A DNA stretch of 51,543 nt from assembly GCA_046583315.1 (NCBI GenBank), contig JAYGCN010000174.1, positions 1 through 51,543 of the forward strand, in the 5' to 3' direction. This document shows, piece by piece, positions 39,758 through 49,598 of this stretch. Origin of the DNA: Candidatus Hydrogenedentota bacterium. GTDB taxonomy: Bacteria; Hydrogenedentota; Hydrogenedentia; Hydrogenedentales; GCA-2746185. Position numbers and translations under genes: made by a program. The notes beneath the pieces are model-generated. The model was not told where the DNA came from. It saw only the letters and a list, made by a program, of their open reading frames with translations, and did not search any database. The first letter of the stretch is position 1. Every line of letters starts with the position of its first letter.

Positions 39758-41092
39758 ATGTCTGAAAAGAAACATTCGAATCCCGCAATCTCACGCCGCT
39801 CTTTCCTGAAGTCGTCCGCAATGGCGAGTACCGCTGCAGTAGTCGGCCCAACGATTCTGACCGGATGCACGACCATCAACGACGGTGTCATCACGCGTTC
39901 GTCGCGTCCCAGCGGAAAAATTCACATGGCGAGCATCGGTATCGGTTGGCAGGGGGGCTCCAATCTGGGCCAATTCCTGCAGCACCCAGACGTGCAGGTC
40001 GTCGCGGTGTGTGACCTTGACGAGAAGCATCTCAGGAAGGCGCAGAAAACGGTCGAGCGCACCTACGATAATTTCAAGTGCGGGGCATACAGCGATTTCC
40101 GTGAGATGTTTGAGAAGGAAGACCTGGACGCCGTCGTGATTTCGCTGCCGGATCACTGGCACGCTATTCCGGCAATCGCCGCCGCGGAAAAAGGCTACGA
40201 CGTCTTCGGTGAGAAACCTTTCTCCCACACGCTCGTTGAAGGCCGCGCGATGGTGAATGCCCTCAACAAGAACGGCTGCATCTGGCAGACCGGTAGCTGG
40301 CAGCGCTCGGTGCCGAATTTTCACCGCGCCGCAGAACTGATTCGCAACGGTCGCATCGGAAACGTATCGCATGTCGAAATCGGACTGGGCCGGGGTCACG
40401 CGAACTATGACGAGGTAAAAGACTTGACCACCTTCGGTCCTCCACCCGAAGAACTGGATTACGACATGTGGCTTGGGCCTGCCCCCGATTTGCCGTATTG
40501 TCGCGCGCGTACACACAAGACCTGGCGCTGGATCATGGCGCACGGCGGCGGCACGTTGATGGACTGGGTCGGCCACCACGGCGACATCGCGCATTGGGGT
40601 CTGGGTCTGGACGAAACGGGTCCGGTGAAAGTTTCCGGTACCGGTGTTATTCCGACGGGCCAATTGTGGGACTCCCCGACGGATTACGACTGCACCCTCA
40701 CCTATGCGAACGGCATTACGATGAACATTTCGAGCAAAGCCGGCGGCGGCACGAAATGGTTCGGTAGCGACGGCTGGATTCACGTGGATCGCGGACGTCT
40801 CGACGCGAGTGACCCGAAATTTCTTGAAGGCGATATCGGCGAGAACGAAATTCACCTTTACAGAAGCAAAGACCACTGGAAGAATTTCGTCGAAGGCATC
40901 CAAACCCGCAAACCGACCATCACCCCCGCTGAAACCGCACACCGCAGCGCGTCCATGGGCCACCTCTGCAACATCGCCATGTACGCGGGTCGCACGATCA
41001 ATTGGGACCCGAACACCGAGACCATCAAAAACGACGCTGGCGCCACGGATATGTTGTCGCCGACCTATCGCAAGCCGTGGAAACTGCGGTAA
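39758..41092 (+). CDS. Gfo/Idh/MocA family oxidoreductase, Tat signal with lipobox-like LTGC
   Basis: SRRSFLK, IGIGWQG, VAVCDLD, LPDHWH, FGEKP, QTGSWQRS, LDYDMWLGPAP, DWVGHHGD. Confidence 0.95.
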   Translation: MSEKKHSNPAISRRSFLKSSAMASTAAVVGPTILTGCTTINDGVITRSSRPSGKIHMASIGIGWQGGSNLGQFLQHPDVQVVAVCDLDEKHLRKAQKTVERTYDNFKCGAYSDFREMFEKEDLDAVVISLPDHWHAIPAIAAAEKGYDVFGEKPFSHTLVEGRAMVNALNKNGCIWQTGSWQRSVPNFHRAAELIRNGRIGNVSHVEIGLGRGHANYDEVKDLTTFGPPPEELDYDMWLGPAPDLPYCRARTHKTWRWIMAHGGGTLMDWVGHHGDIAHWGLGLDETGPVKVSGTGVIPTGQLWDSPTDYDCTLTYANGITMNISSKAGGGTKWFGSDGWIHVDRGRLDASDPKFLEGDIGENEIHLYRSKDHWKNFVEGIQTRKPTITPAETAHRSASMGHLCNIAMYAGRTINWDPNTETIKNDAGATDMLSPTYRKPWKLR

Positions 41093-41107
41093 TACGAATC
41101 TAAGATC

Positions 41108-41800
41108 ATGACAGATATCCGTCGATACATTCGCAATATCGCTTTCTTCGCGCTCCTCGTTCTGGTTGCGCCTCTTGCCACTGCCGGCGAACTCACGGTG
41201 ACCTTTATCGGCAACATGGCGTTTTACATTTCGGACGGTGAGACGACGTTGTTGAGTGATTTTCCGTATTTGTCGGGCGCGTATGGGTATATGGAATTCG
41301 AGATGGAGGATGTGCCTGAAATAAAAAACGGTCTCAGTCTGATCACGCATTTTCATAGTGACCACTGGCACAAGAAGACCTTCGAGACGATGGACGTGTC
41401 CATTATCGCGCCCACGAAGATTACGGAAAGGCTAGACAAGAAACGTGTGATCCCGTGGGACGAAAAAAAGCCGATGGAATATCGCGGCATTCAGGTCGAA
41501 GCCATTTCGATGCCGCACAACTTGGCCCCGCAGCATTTTTCCTATCTCGTCACGTGGCACGGATTGCGCCTCTATTTCCCCGGGGACACTGAAACGCCCG
41601 CCGACCTGCTTCAGTGCAAAGACATCGACATCATGTTCATCTCCCCCTGGCTCATCCGCACGATTGAGCGCCAAAATCTCGTACTCGATACAAAAAATCT
41701 CGTCATGTACCACCAAAAAATCGGCGAAGAAGTCGTGCCTTTCCAGAATTACAAACGCATGAAACAGGGTGCTACGTTCACAGTTGAATTCGAGGAGTAA
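41108..41800 (+). CDS. Secreted metallo-beta-lactamase-fold hydrolase
   Basis: Signal peptide, VTFIGNMAF, ITHFHSDH (HxHxDH), LYFPGDT. Confidence 0.85.
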   Translation: MTDIRRYIRNIAFFALLVLVAPLATAGELTVTFIGNMAFYISDGETTLLSDFPYLSGAYGYMEFEMEDVPEIKNGLSLITHFHSDHWHKKTFETMDVSIIAPTKITERLDKKRVIPWDEKKPMEYRGIQVEAISMPHNLAPQHFSYLVTWHGLRLYFPGDTETPADLLQCKDIDIMFISPWLIRTIERQNLVLDTKNLVMYHQKIGEEVVPFQNYKRMKQGATFTVEFEE

Positions 41801-41848
41801 TCCTTCCATAAAGCGGATATTCACCCGTATACGTGGGGTATCGGCGTA

Positions 41849-41878
41849 ATTGACAATAATTGCCAATCGTGGGATAAT
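41849..41878 (+). promoter_or_regulatory. parDE promoter with overlapping inverted-repeat operator
   Basis: TTGACA (41850-41855), 17 nt, TGgGATAAT (-10 at 41873-41878). Inverted repeat ATTGACAAT-a-ATTGCCAAT at 41849-41867. Confidence 0.8.
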
Positions 41879-41910
41879 AGTGTACACAACCACGATTTCG
41901 AGGTTTTCCC

Positions 41911-42210
41911 ATGCCAACCCAAAACGTCAATCTGCCCGAGCATCAATCCTCCTTCATCCGTGAAATGACCGAAGGCGGGCGTTATCAGAACGCTAGCGAG
42001 GTTGTGCGCGCGGGACTCCGTCTGCTGGAAGCACAGGAGGAGGAGCAACGTCTAAAGCTGGAACGTCTTCGAGCCGAAGTGCAGAAGGGCGTGGATGCTA
42101 TCGAGAGTGGTGATTACATTACGCTTGAAAACGAAAAAGATATTGAAGATTACTTTGAAGGCGTTCGTCGAAGAGGTAGGGAACGATTAGCACGGGAGCA
42201 AAATGCATAG
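41911..42210 (+). CDS. parD: Type II antitoxin, ParD (CC2985-like ribbon-helix-helix)
   Basis: MPTQNVNLPEHQSSFIREMTEGGRYQNASEVVRAGLRLLE..KLERLRAEVQKG. Confidence 0.93.
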   Translation: MPTQNVNLPEHQSSFIREMTEGGRYQNASEVVRAGLRLLEAQEEEQRLKLERLRAEVQKGVDAIESGDYITLENEKDIEDYFEGVRRRGRERLAREQNA

Positions 42211-42547
42211 AGCCCGGCTCAGTGGACCAGCTCGCGCAGACATCGATTCTATTTGGCACTACACGCTCAACCAATATGACCTCGATCAGGCCGATCGTTA
42301 TGTGAGCCTTATTGAACAAGCTCTGGAAGATATCGGGTTGGAGCCGAAGGCCGCCACAACCCGGGCTCGACCTGAGTTGGGCGGATTCATCCGGAGTTAC
42401 CCGATTTCGCTGAGCAAGAGACGCGGCCAATCGAGTATCCAGTCCCCGCGCCACGTCATCATCTACACACTGGCACACGAGGACGAAGTATTCATACTTC
42501 GCATCCTACATGAGACGATGGATATCAAGCGTCAAATCGAGACATAA
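42203..42547 (+). CDS. parE: Type II toxin, ParE/RelE family
   Basis: LSGPARADIDSIWHYT..QADRY..RPEL..HVIIY..ILRILHETMD; overlaps parD by 8 nt. Confidence 0.92.
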   Translation: MHRARLSGPARADIDSIWHYTLNQYDLDQADRYVSLIEQALEDIGLEPKAATTRARPELGGFIRSYPISLSKRRGQSSIQSPRHVIIYTLAHEDEVFILRILHETMDIKRQIET

Positions 42548-42551
42548 GGCG

Positions 42552-43316
42552 CTAATCCCGCGACTCCCCGTTTGACGTGACACCTCTTGCGAATTTCAGG
42601 AAGGGGATGAGCATCGGTGTGCGTGCCCGGTAGGCGATGTAATCTTCGCCCAGTGCATCTTTCAGGTCGCGTTCTTCGACGGTGATTCCGAAGAAGATGT
42701 AACATGTGACCACCACGGCGAAGAGTAGATGCCCCTGCGACATCGTCGGCGTTGCCCAGAAGGCAATCATGAAACCGAGCATCAACGGATTGCGGATGAT
42801 TTTGTAGAGCCAGGGTTGGGCGAAGGGCGCGTCTGTATATTCCTTAGCGGTAAAGAACAACACGACCTGCCGCAGTCCGAAAAGATCGAAGTGGTTGATG
42901 AGAAAGGTCGAGTACAACACAAGGAGCCATCCCCCCGCGCACACGGCCCAGATGACGTTGCTCAGCGCGGGCGTACCCGACACATCCCAGACGATTTCAG
43001 GAAGCGCACGCCATTGCCAGAAGATCAACAAGAACGCAGCGTTCGTCATCAATACAAAGGTGCTGCGTTCCGCTGCAGTCGGGATAAATTTAGTCACCCA
43101 TTTCTTGAAAACCGGGCGCGCCATGATGGTGTGTTGCAACGCAAAGATACTCAGAAGAAAAACGTTGACGATAACCAAGTTGATAAACACGCCCGGTTCC
43201 CCGTCGTCGATGCCCCTTGGAACCAGCCAATTGGTGGTGAATCCGATTACGTAAAGAAACACACCCAGAAATCCGAGATAACAAACGGTGCCGTACAGCA
43301 AGACAAGAACTCTCAT
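42552..43316 (-). CDS. mddA: Methanethiol S-methyltransferase MddA-like (ICMT/PEMT membrane methyltransferase)
   Basis: LYVIGF..VPRGID, FALQHTIMARPVFK, AAERSTFVL, FWQWR, STFLINHFDLFGLRQV, FWATPTMSQGHLLFA, EERDL. Confidence 0.85.
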   Translation of the reverse strand: MRVLVLLYGTVCYLGFLGVFLYVIGFTTNWLVPRGIDDGEPGVFINLVIVNVFLLSIFALQHTIMARPVFKKWVTKFIPTAAERSTFVLMTNAAFLLIFWQWRALPEIVWDVSGTPALSNVIWAVCAGGWLLVLYSTFLINHFDLFGLRQVVLFFTAKEYTDAPFAQPWLYKIIRNPLMLGFMIAFWATPTMSQGHLLFAVVVTCYIFFGITVEERDLKDALGEDYIAYRARTPMLIPFLKFARGVTSNGESRD

Positions 43317-43388
43317 AACGATACCCCCCGTGCATAATAGCAACAGGTTTGTGTCTGAATCGGTTATACATCTACTACACTGTGTGCA

Positions 43389-43417
43389 ATCCTAGGCCAT
43401 TCGGCGAAAATTGTCAA
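43389..43417 (-). promoter_or_regulatory. Sigma70 promoter of mddA
   Basis: Minus strand TTGACA (43417-43412), 17 nt, TAGGAT (43394-43389). Confidence 0.7.
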
Positions 43418-43509
43418 TCGCAAAAGGGTAGTGGACTCGATTCCGGCACCTGTGACTACAAGGCGTTCTTTCGATATACTGATTCTCTACGAACATTTGG
43501 AGATTTACC

Positions 43510-45273
43510 ATGCGCTATGCCCTTACGACTATTCTATTTTGTGTTCTCGTTCTCGGGGCCAATGCCGATGTCATATTTCTCGATTTGACTGTGCAATCGA
43601 ATCGCCAGGTTGTTGTTGACCGCGAGGCGGGGCAGTATCTCGGACACCCGACAACGGTCTTGCTAGAAGACAACAAGACGATGCTCTGCGTCTATCCCAA
43701 AGGGCACGGGCGCGGCGGTATCGTGTACAAGCGGTCGTATGATGGCGGATTAACCTGGTCGGAACGACTGCCGACACCCAAAAGCTGGTCCACATCGCGG
43801 GAAGTGCCGACGTTGCACCGCGTTATCGACGCAGACGAAACAAAACGCATCATTATGTTTTCGGGACTCTACCCCACGCGCATGTCGGTGACGAAAGACG
43901 ACGGCCTGACCTGGTCTGAACTGAAACCCGTCGGCGACTGGGGCGGTATTGTGGTCATGGGATTCGCGGAACCGATTCGCACGGGCCCCGGGCATTACAT
44001 GGCGATGTTTCACGACGACGGTCGCTTCTTCACCGACACGAACGAGAAGAAGAATCCTGTTGAGTTCACTCTGTACAAAACCTTTTCCGAGGACGGCGGT
44101 ATGACCTGGTCTTTCCCCGAGACCATCGCGACGACCACGGACATTCACATTTGCGAGCCCGGGCTGATTCGATCACCCAACGGCAAGCAGCTCGCCGTAT
44201 TGCTTCGCGAGAACAGCCGTACGCAGAACTCGCAGATTATCTTTTCCAACGACGAAGGGAAAACCTGGACCGATCCGCGGCCCATGCCAGATTCGTTAAA
44301 CGGGGATCGACATACGGGAAAATACGGGCCTGACGGTCGCTTGTTCATCTCGTTTCGAAGCAACTCGCCTAAAGGGAAAAAGGCTCCCACCGAAGGCGAC
44401 TGGGCAGCTTGGGTCGGCACCTACGACGACCTCGTATCGGGCGATCCCGGTCAATATCACATCCGCCTGAAAGACAACACAAAAGGCAAAGACTGCGCCT
44501 ATCCCGGTGTCGAAATACTGCCCGACGGCACCTTCGTTACCACCACCTACGGCCACTGGGACGAGGGCGAAGAACCGTACATCCTGAGCGTGCGGCTCAA
44601 GCTTGATGAACTCGATGCGATGGCCAAACGCGGCGACATCATGGCTTCACAATCCCAAACCATCGTCGCCTTCGGAGATTCCACAACCGCCCTGCGCGAT
44701 ACGATTAACGAAGTTTACGCGGACCGCCTTCCCGACCTGCTCAAGGCTCGGGGCATCAACGCAACTGTCATCAACTCGGCCGTCGGCGGCAGTCACACAG
44801 GCCGTTACAACGATAACAAACTCTTCAGAGCTGAGCATGCGCGCGACCGATTCGAGTCGGCAGTGATCGCTCACGACCCCGACACCGTCATCATTCAGTT
44901 CGGCTGGAACGATTCCTGGATTGATTTGAATCGGGAAGGCGCCGCATCGCGTATTTCAGTCAAGAATTATCGTCGGAATCTTGGTTACATGATTTACACC
45001 TTACAGGAGACGGACACAAATGTTATCTTAATGACGCCGAATCGACCGCGATCATCAGTCGAAGACTGGCGCATCGAACGCACGGAACTTTACGTCGATG
45101 TTGTGCGCGAACTCGCGTTGAAGTACGACGTCCCTTTGGTCGATGTCTGGAATGAATACGAAAAAATGGGCGCAGATGCAGATGCACTGCTACTCGATCG
45201 ATTACATCCCAATGACGAAGGCCATCGCATCGTCGCGGAATTGTTGTGCAAGCAAATCGCTGCGACCGAATAA
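43510..45273 (+). CDS. Secreted BNR/Asp-box (sialidase-like) propeller fused to an SGNH/GDSL esterase
   Basis: Asp boxes SYDGGLTWS, TKDDGLTWS, SEDGGMTWS, SNDEGKTWT, then AFGDSTT, QFGWND, DRLHPN. Confidence 0.88.
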   Translation: MRYALTTILFCVLVLGANADVIFLDLTVQSNRQVVVDREAGQYLGHPTTVLLEDNKTMLCVYPKGHGRGGIVYKRSYDGGLTWSERLPTPKSWSTSREVPTLHRVIDADETKRIIMFSGLYPTRMSVTKDDGLTWSELKPVGDWGGIVVMGFAEPIRTGPGHYMAMFHDDGRFFTDTNEKKNPVEFTLYKTFSEDGGMTWSFPETIATTTDIHICEPGLIRSPNGKQLAVLLRENSRTQNSQIIFSNDEGKTWTDPRPMPDSLNGDRHTGKYGPDGRLFISFRSNSPKGKKAPTEGDWAAWVGTYDDLVSGDPGQYHIRLKDNTKGKDCAYPGVEILPDGTFVTTTYGHWDEGEEPYILSVRLKLDELDAMAKRGDIMASQSQTIVAFGDSTTALRDTINEVYADRLPDLLKARGINATVINSAVGGSHTGRYNDNKLFRAEHARDRFESAVIAHDPDTVIIQFGWNDSWIDLNREGAASRISVKNYRRNLGYMIYTLQETDTNVILMTPNRPRSSVEDWRIERTELYVDVVRELALKYDVPLVDVWNEYEKMGADADALLLDRLHPNDEGHRIVAELLCKQIAATE

Positions 45274-45356
45274 GCCTTCGTCAATCCATCCAAACTTTAA
45301 GCCCCTTATTCCATGATAGAATCATACCGATTTTACGCGTTCCGGAGTCCGCATTC

Positions 45357-48300
45357 ATGAACCTTCAGCCCCCAGCCAAAACATCACGATTGAAGGGTTG
45401 GCTCCGTCGCCTGCTGATGCTTGCGGTATTGGTCGTCGCCTGCTGGTTCGTTTTTGAACGTTACGTATTGCGTATCGACCAGTATCGGCCTGCGGTGATC
45501 AAGGCCGTAGAGGATGCCACAGGCTTGACCGCGTCCATCGGAAGAATCGACCTCGATCTTTTCCCGGAACCACATCTGGAGTTTCACCGGATCTCCCTCA
45601 CCGACGATGTGCTGCGTGCGAAGGCGTCGCGCATTCGCCTGAGCCTTGAACTCGCGCCGTTGCTCCGTGAACGGAAACTGATCGTGACGACGACCATCGT
45701 CGAAGCCCTTGAACTTCGTGTGCCTCGCGATTCGGAGGCGTTTAACAACAGCATCGACGCCATTCGCGAACAGGCATCCACAAAAGAAGGTGGTTCATCG
45801 GCAGTCACGGTTCAACTTCCCAAGATTCATGCTCCCTCGGCGAAACTGTATCTCGACGATGATGAGGAAGAGACGCTCACACTTGATTTACTGATCGAAG
45901 ATATTCTGGCGGAATCGTTTCGCATCAGCGCGAAAGGTTCGATACCGGAATTGGGAAAACACGCGCAAGCGGACGCGACACTGGCAGTTGAACTCGTCGA
46001 CGGAGCTTTTGACGCTGCGACTCTCGAAGTACAACTGGACGGCCTTGATCTTTCAGGCCTCGATATCGAAGGCGAACCGGACGTGGCATTGAACGGATTG
46101 GTGACGGCAGCGATCAGTGATTTCAATGACCTCTATTTGGCACTGAGTGGTGACATTCTATCGGCGGCTCACCCTTCGCTCGAAGGCCCTGTCACGGCAA
46201 CGGCGCATTGGAAGGAGAGTGATCTTCATGTGGAGGGAATTTCCTGGAAGGGACAAGGTATCGACATCGCAGCTGATGTGCATCGAACAAATGACGCTAC
46301 TATTCGTCTGGCAAACCTGACCGGAACACTAGGCATAGGTGCGCTGGAGGCTCTGATGCCAATGCTGCTCGGGGAAGACATTCGCCCACGCGATCAAGGA
46401 ACGGCTAAGCTGTCGATGGACGGCCTGGGACTTGAGTGGACTCCCGAGGGAACCATGAGTGCTACCGATGGAACTCTGAAGCTCACCGGGCTCGATCTGG
46501 TGTCGAAAGAGGGCGAGGTCATCGCGAAGCAGCTACAGGGTCGGGTCGCGATTGATAACGGCACGATTCAAATTGAAGAGTTTGGCAACGATGAATTCAT
46601 CGTCCGCGGCTCATTGCGGCAAAATGGTTCAGACTCCCTGGATGCTACGCTGAGCTTGGACTCCGATCGCGTCTCCTCCATCAACGCGACCGGCACCTAT
46701 CACTACGCCTCGCGAGAGTGGCGCGGCAAAACAACGATGGACATACGTGAGACGGTAAGCGCCTTGTTGGATACGACACCTTCCGAACTGTTCTATGAAC
46801 CACTGCTAGCGCTATACAGTCCCGCCGTTCTGGACACCGTGCTTAAACTACCAGGGAAAGAGTATCGGGGTTGGAAAATCGATTTTTTGCGCGAAGATAT
46901 TATTGGATTTCGGGCGGCTATCGAGTTCGAAGAATCTGACGAGGGCGGATTCGTGCTCGCGCGTGCAGACGCTGTGGCTCCCATCAATTTCGACGAGGTC
47001 ACAACAGACCTATTCAGATACGCAAAGTTGACAGGGCAAAGCGTATTTACATTTCAGGTACATGCCGAGTCAAGGGATTATTCGGCTGTTTTTGATTTAA
47101 CCGATACTGTCGTAACCGCACAAGATATTCTGACGAAAGAAGCTGGGGGGAAATGCGCCCTCTCGGTATCCGGCGAAACCGGATCGGAATGGACGCGCGA
47201 AACATTGCGTATCGACCTGCTCGGTGAATCCGTCGCGCTGAACCTCGGTTCGGATACGCCATCGCCGGTCGAGTTGAACCTTGCTGGTCTCGAATCAATC
47301 GTCTCGAATGGTGCTTCCGCGCAGGGTCGTGTTCACGGAGAGATAACACTGGAGCCGTTCAGCTTGTCACTCGCATTGGACAAGGTTACCCTGCCACTCA
47401 CGGACGGCACGACGAGTGATTTACTCAGCGGCGGCATCCGCTATCAAGACAAGATCTTGGCCGTGAGCGATCTGCGCCTTAAAGGGGAAGACACGGACTG
47501 CCGATTGGGTGTCGTATGGAGCCCCGATAAACTGGAAGGTACATTGGCGGGAAAATCCCTGAACCTGGATACGATCATCGATTTTGTCGATACGGTAGAA
47601 GCCTTTAGGCAAGACGAAACAAGTGATGCGACACCCGACGAATCTGACTCCCCGGAATCCGCTGACTACGCAGAAGGCCGATTCGTGGTAACGCTGGATC
47701 AGATTCATTATCGGGGCGGCCACGTCGAGAACGCTGCATTCGTGATCGAATCCACCGAAAGCGTCGTGCATATTCCAGACATCGCTCTTGAGGCTTACTC
47801 GGGAAATATCACAGGCGCCGTTCAGCTCACGCGATCCGATAACGCCCCCACCGAACTGGCCACACAGCTTACGCTCGACGCCATCAATATGCACGGCCTG
47901 GATGAATTACTGTTCAATGAATCCCGAGAAATCACAGGATTACTCAACGGATCGATTGACATCACTGCACCTCTTGGAACATCCGACGGAATGCTCGCAG
48001 GCACCAATGGCACGATACGTTGGGACGCAACCAAGGGTTCACTGGGCAAACTCGGATTTGCTACAAAACTACTGTCCGCACTGAAGACGCTCGAGATTAT
48101 TAACCTGCGCGCGCCAAAAATGAAGGACCAAGGACTCGTCTTCAATACCTTCACCGGCAACGGCACATTCATGGACGGCAACATGACGCTGGCCGATGTA
48201 TTTCTGGATGGCGGTGCCTATGCGATGGACGCGAAGGGGGGCGTAAATTTTGCAACAGAAGAGACCGACATTCTCGTATACACCCGACTCCTTGAAAGCC

Positions 48301-48551
48301 TGGCCAAAGCCGTTAAATGGGTACCCGTCCTGAAACAAGCCGTTCAGGCCGGCACCAATCAAGTCGGCATCGCGATTCAAATAAGCGGAGCCCCCTCAGA
48401 AATGCAAGTCGATATCGTGCCCGGAGGCAGCGTCACCGGTGCCGTCGTCGGCATCGGCGGAAAAGCCGTAAAATCGATCAAAAAAGGCGTAACCAGCATC
48501 ATCCCCGGCAAAAAGAAAAATAAGGAAGCGAGCAAGCCGCTGGACGAATAG
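45357..48551 (+). CDS. AsmA-like (YhdP/TamB superfamily) envelope-spanning protein
   Basis: N-terminal TM plus 'IDQYRPAVIKAVEDATG..IGRIDLDLFP', long amphipathic beta-strand content, and an AsmA-like C-terminus (GLVFNTFTGNGTFMDG..GGVNF). Confidence 0.85.
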   Translation: MNLQPPAKTSRLKGWLRRLLMLAVLVVACWFVFERYVLRIDQYRPAVIKAVEDATGLTASIGRIDLDLFPEPHLEFHRISLTDDVLRAKASRIRLSLELAPLLRERKLIVTTTIVEALELRVPRDSEAFNNSIDAIREQASTKEGGSSAVTVQLPKIHAPSAKLYLDDDEEETLTLDLLIEDILAESFRISAKGSIPELGKHAQADATLAVELVDGAFDAATLEVQLDGLDLSGLDIEGEPDVALNGLVTAAISDFNDLYLALSGDILSAAHPSLEGPVTATAHWKESDLHVEGISWKGQGIDIAADVHRTNDATIRLANLTGTLGIGALEALMPMLLGEDIRPRDQGTAKLSMDGLGLEWTPEGTMSATDGTLKLTGLDLVSKEGEVIAKQLQGRVAIDNGTIQIEEFGNDEFIVRGSLRQNGSDSLDATLSLDSDRVSSINATGTYHYASREWRGKTTMDIRETVSALLDTTPSELFYEPLLALYSPAVLDTVLKLPGKEYRGWKIDFLREDIIGFRAAIEFEESDEGGFVLARADAVAPINFDEVTTDLFRYAKLTGQSVFTFQVHAESRDYSAVFDLTDTVVTAQDILTKEAGGKCALSVSGETGSEWTRETLRIDLLGESVALNLGSDTPSPVELNLAGLESIVSNGASAQGRVHGEITLEPFSLSLALDKVTLPLTDGTTSDLLSGGIRYQDKILAVSDLRLKGEDTDCRLGVVWSPDKLEGTLAGKSLNLDTIIDFVDTVEAFRQDETSDATPDESDSPESADYAEGRFVVTLDQIHYRGGHVENAAFVIESTESVVHIPDIALEAYSGNITGAVQLTRSDNAPTELATQLTLDAINMHGLDELLFNESREITGLLNGSIDITAPLGTSDGMLAGTNGTIRWDATKGSLGKLGFATKLLSALKTLEIINLRAPKMKDQGLVFNTFTGNGTFMDGNMTLADVFLDGGAYAMDAKGGVNFATEETDILVYTRLLESLAKAVKWVPVLKQAVQAGTNQVGIAIQISGAPSEMQVDIVPGGSVTGAVVGIGGKAVKSIKKGVTSIIPGKKKNKEASKPLDE

Positions 48552-48638
48552 AACCCTTCGCCAATTACTCCGGTGAATACCGAGGCCTTCGTTTTGTATA
48601 CTGACCGGATTCAACTCAGGCGCAAGAAGGAGACCCCC

Positions 48639-49430
48639 ATGTCCGAAAACCATCCCGAAGGATCGATCACTACCGAAGCGCGCGGCCATGTGTGGCTGAT
48701 GGGGCTGAACCGTCCTGCAAAATACAATGGCCTCACGCCGAAGATGTTCACCGAACTCACGGATGCTTACAAGGAACTTGAGAGCAACGACGAGTTACGT
48801 GTTGGCATCCTATTCGGCCATGGCGATCATTTCACCGCCGGACTCGACCTACCCAAGTTTCGCGAATACATGAAACGCGGCGAACGGGCCTTCGATCAGA
48901 GTGAAGTGGATATTTACGGACAACAAAATAAACTTTCGAAGCCGCTCATCACCGCCGTGCACGGCATCACCTACACCGCAGGCATCGAGATGGCCCTCGC
49001 AGGCGACATCATCATCGCGGCACGCGGTGCGCGTTTCTCCCAACTCGAACCGCTGCGGGGTGTCATGGCAACCGGCGGCGCGACGTTCCGCTTCGTCGAA
49101 CGCTGCGGCTGGGGAAATGCGATGCTGCACCTGTTGACCTCGGACGAATTCTCCGCCGAAGAAGCACTGCGAATCGGCCTCGTGCAGGAACTCGTGGAGC
49201 CGGGCGAGCAACTCAACCGCGCCGTTGAACTCGCCGAAAAAATCGCGCAAGGCGCCCCTCAGGCGGTTTACGCCACGAAAGCCTCCTCCATGACCTACGC
49301 GGAGAGTGGAGAGGCGGCCTGCATCGCAGAATTTGCCAAAATACAGAAAAGACTGGCCAATACGGAGGATGCCGAAGAAGGCGTGTCTGCCTTTAAGGAA
49401 CGCAGAAGCCCTGTATTTAAAGGGGTATAG
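48639..49430 (+). CDS. Crotonase / enoyl-CoA hydratase family protein
   Basis: LNRPAKYNG, FTAGLDL, AGIEMALAGD, QLEPLRG, SAEEALRIGLV, EGVSAFKERRSPVFKG. ATG 48639 follows AAGGAG. Confidence 0.95.
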   Translation: MSENHPEGSITTEARGHVWLMGLNRPAKYNGLTPKMFTELTDAYKELESNDELRVGILFGHGDHFTAGLDLPKFREYMKRGERAFDQSEVDIYGQQNKLSKPLITAVHGITYTAGIEMALAGDIIIAARGARFSQLEPLRGVMATGGATFRFVERCGWGNAMLHLLTSDEFSAEEALRIGLVQELVEPGEQLNRAVELAEKIAQGAPQAVYATKASSMTYAESGEAACIAEFAKIQKRLANTEDAEEGVSAFKERRSPVFKGV

Positions 49431-49598
49431 GCTGTTTTTGGCCCTATTCAGGGGAACTGAGCGGGGTTTGCGGGGGTTCAATAACCATGGAATCGGGATT
49501 CACTGTGGGTTTCGAGCCGAAAAATTCGTTATAGTATGTAGATGGGAGCGGCCTCAATGGCTGGTCTTGATCTTGATAACCAGCGGGAAGTAGCGCCT

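Noticed and set aside
39791..41371. 526-aa ORF on the minus strand
   Set aside because: It is an antisense shadow of the clear Gfo/Idh/MocA and MBL genes and has no recognisable motifs; such shadows are common with biased codon usage.
41807..42551. CATAAAGCG / CATAAGGCG flanking parDE as a target-site duplication
   Set aside because: Only 9 bp with a mismatch, one copy includes the parE stop, and no transposase or terminal inverted repeats are present; compatible with chance.
16479..43316. Rhodanese, MBL hydrolase and mddA as a sulfur-detoxification pathway
   Set aside because: The genes are far apart or in separate transcription units, and the MBL protein is secreted and not recognisably a persulfide dioxygenase.
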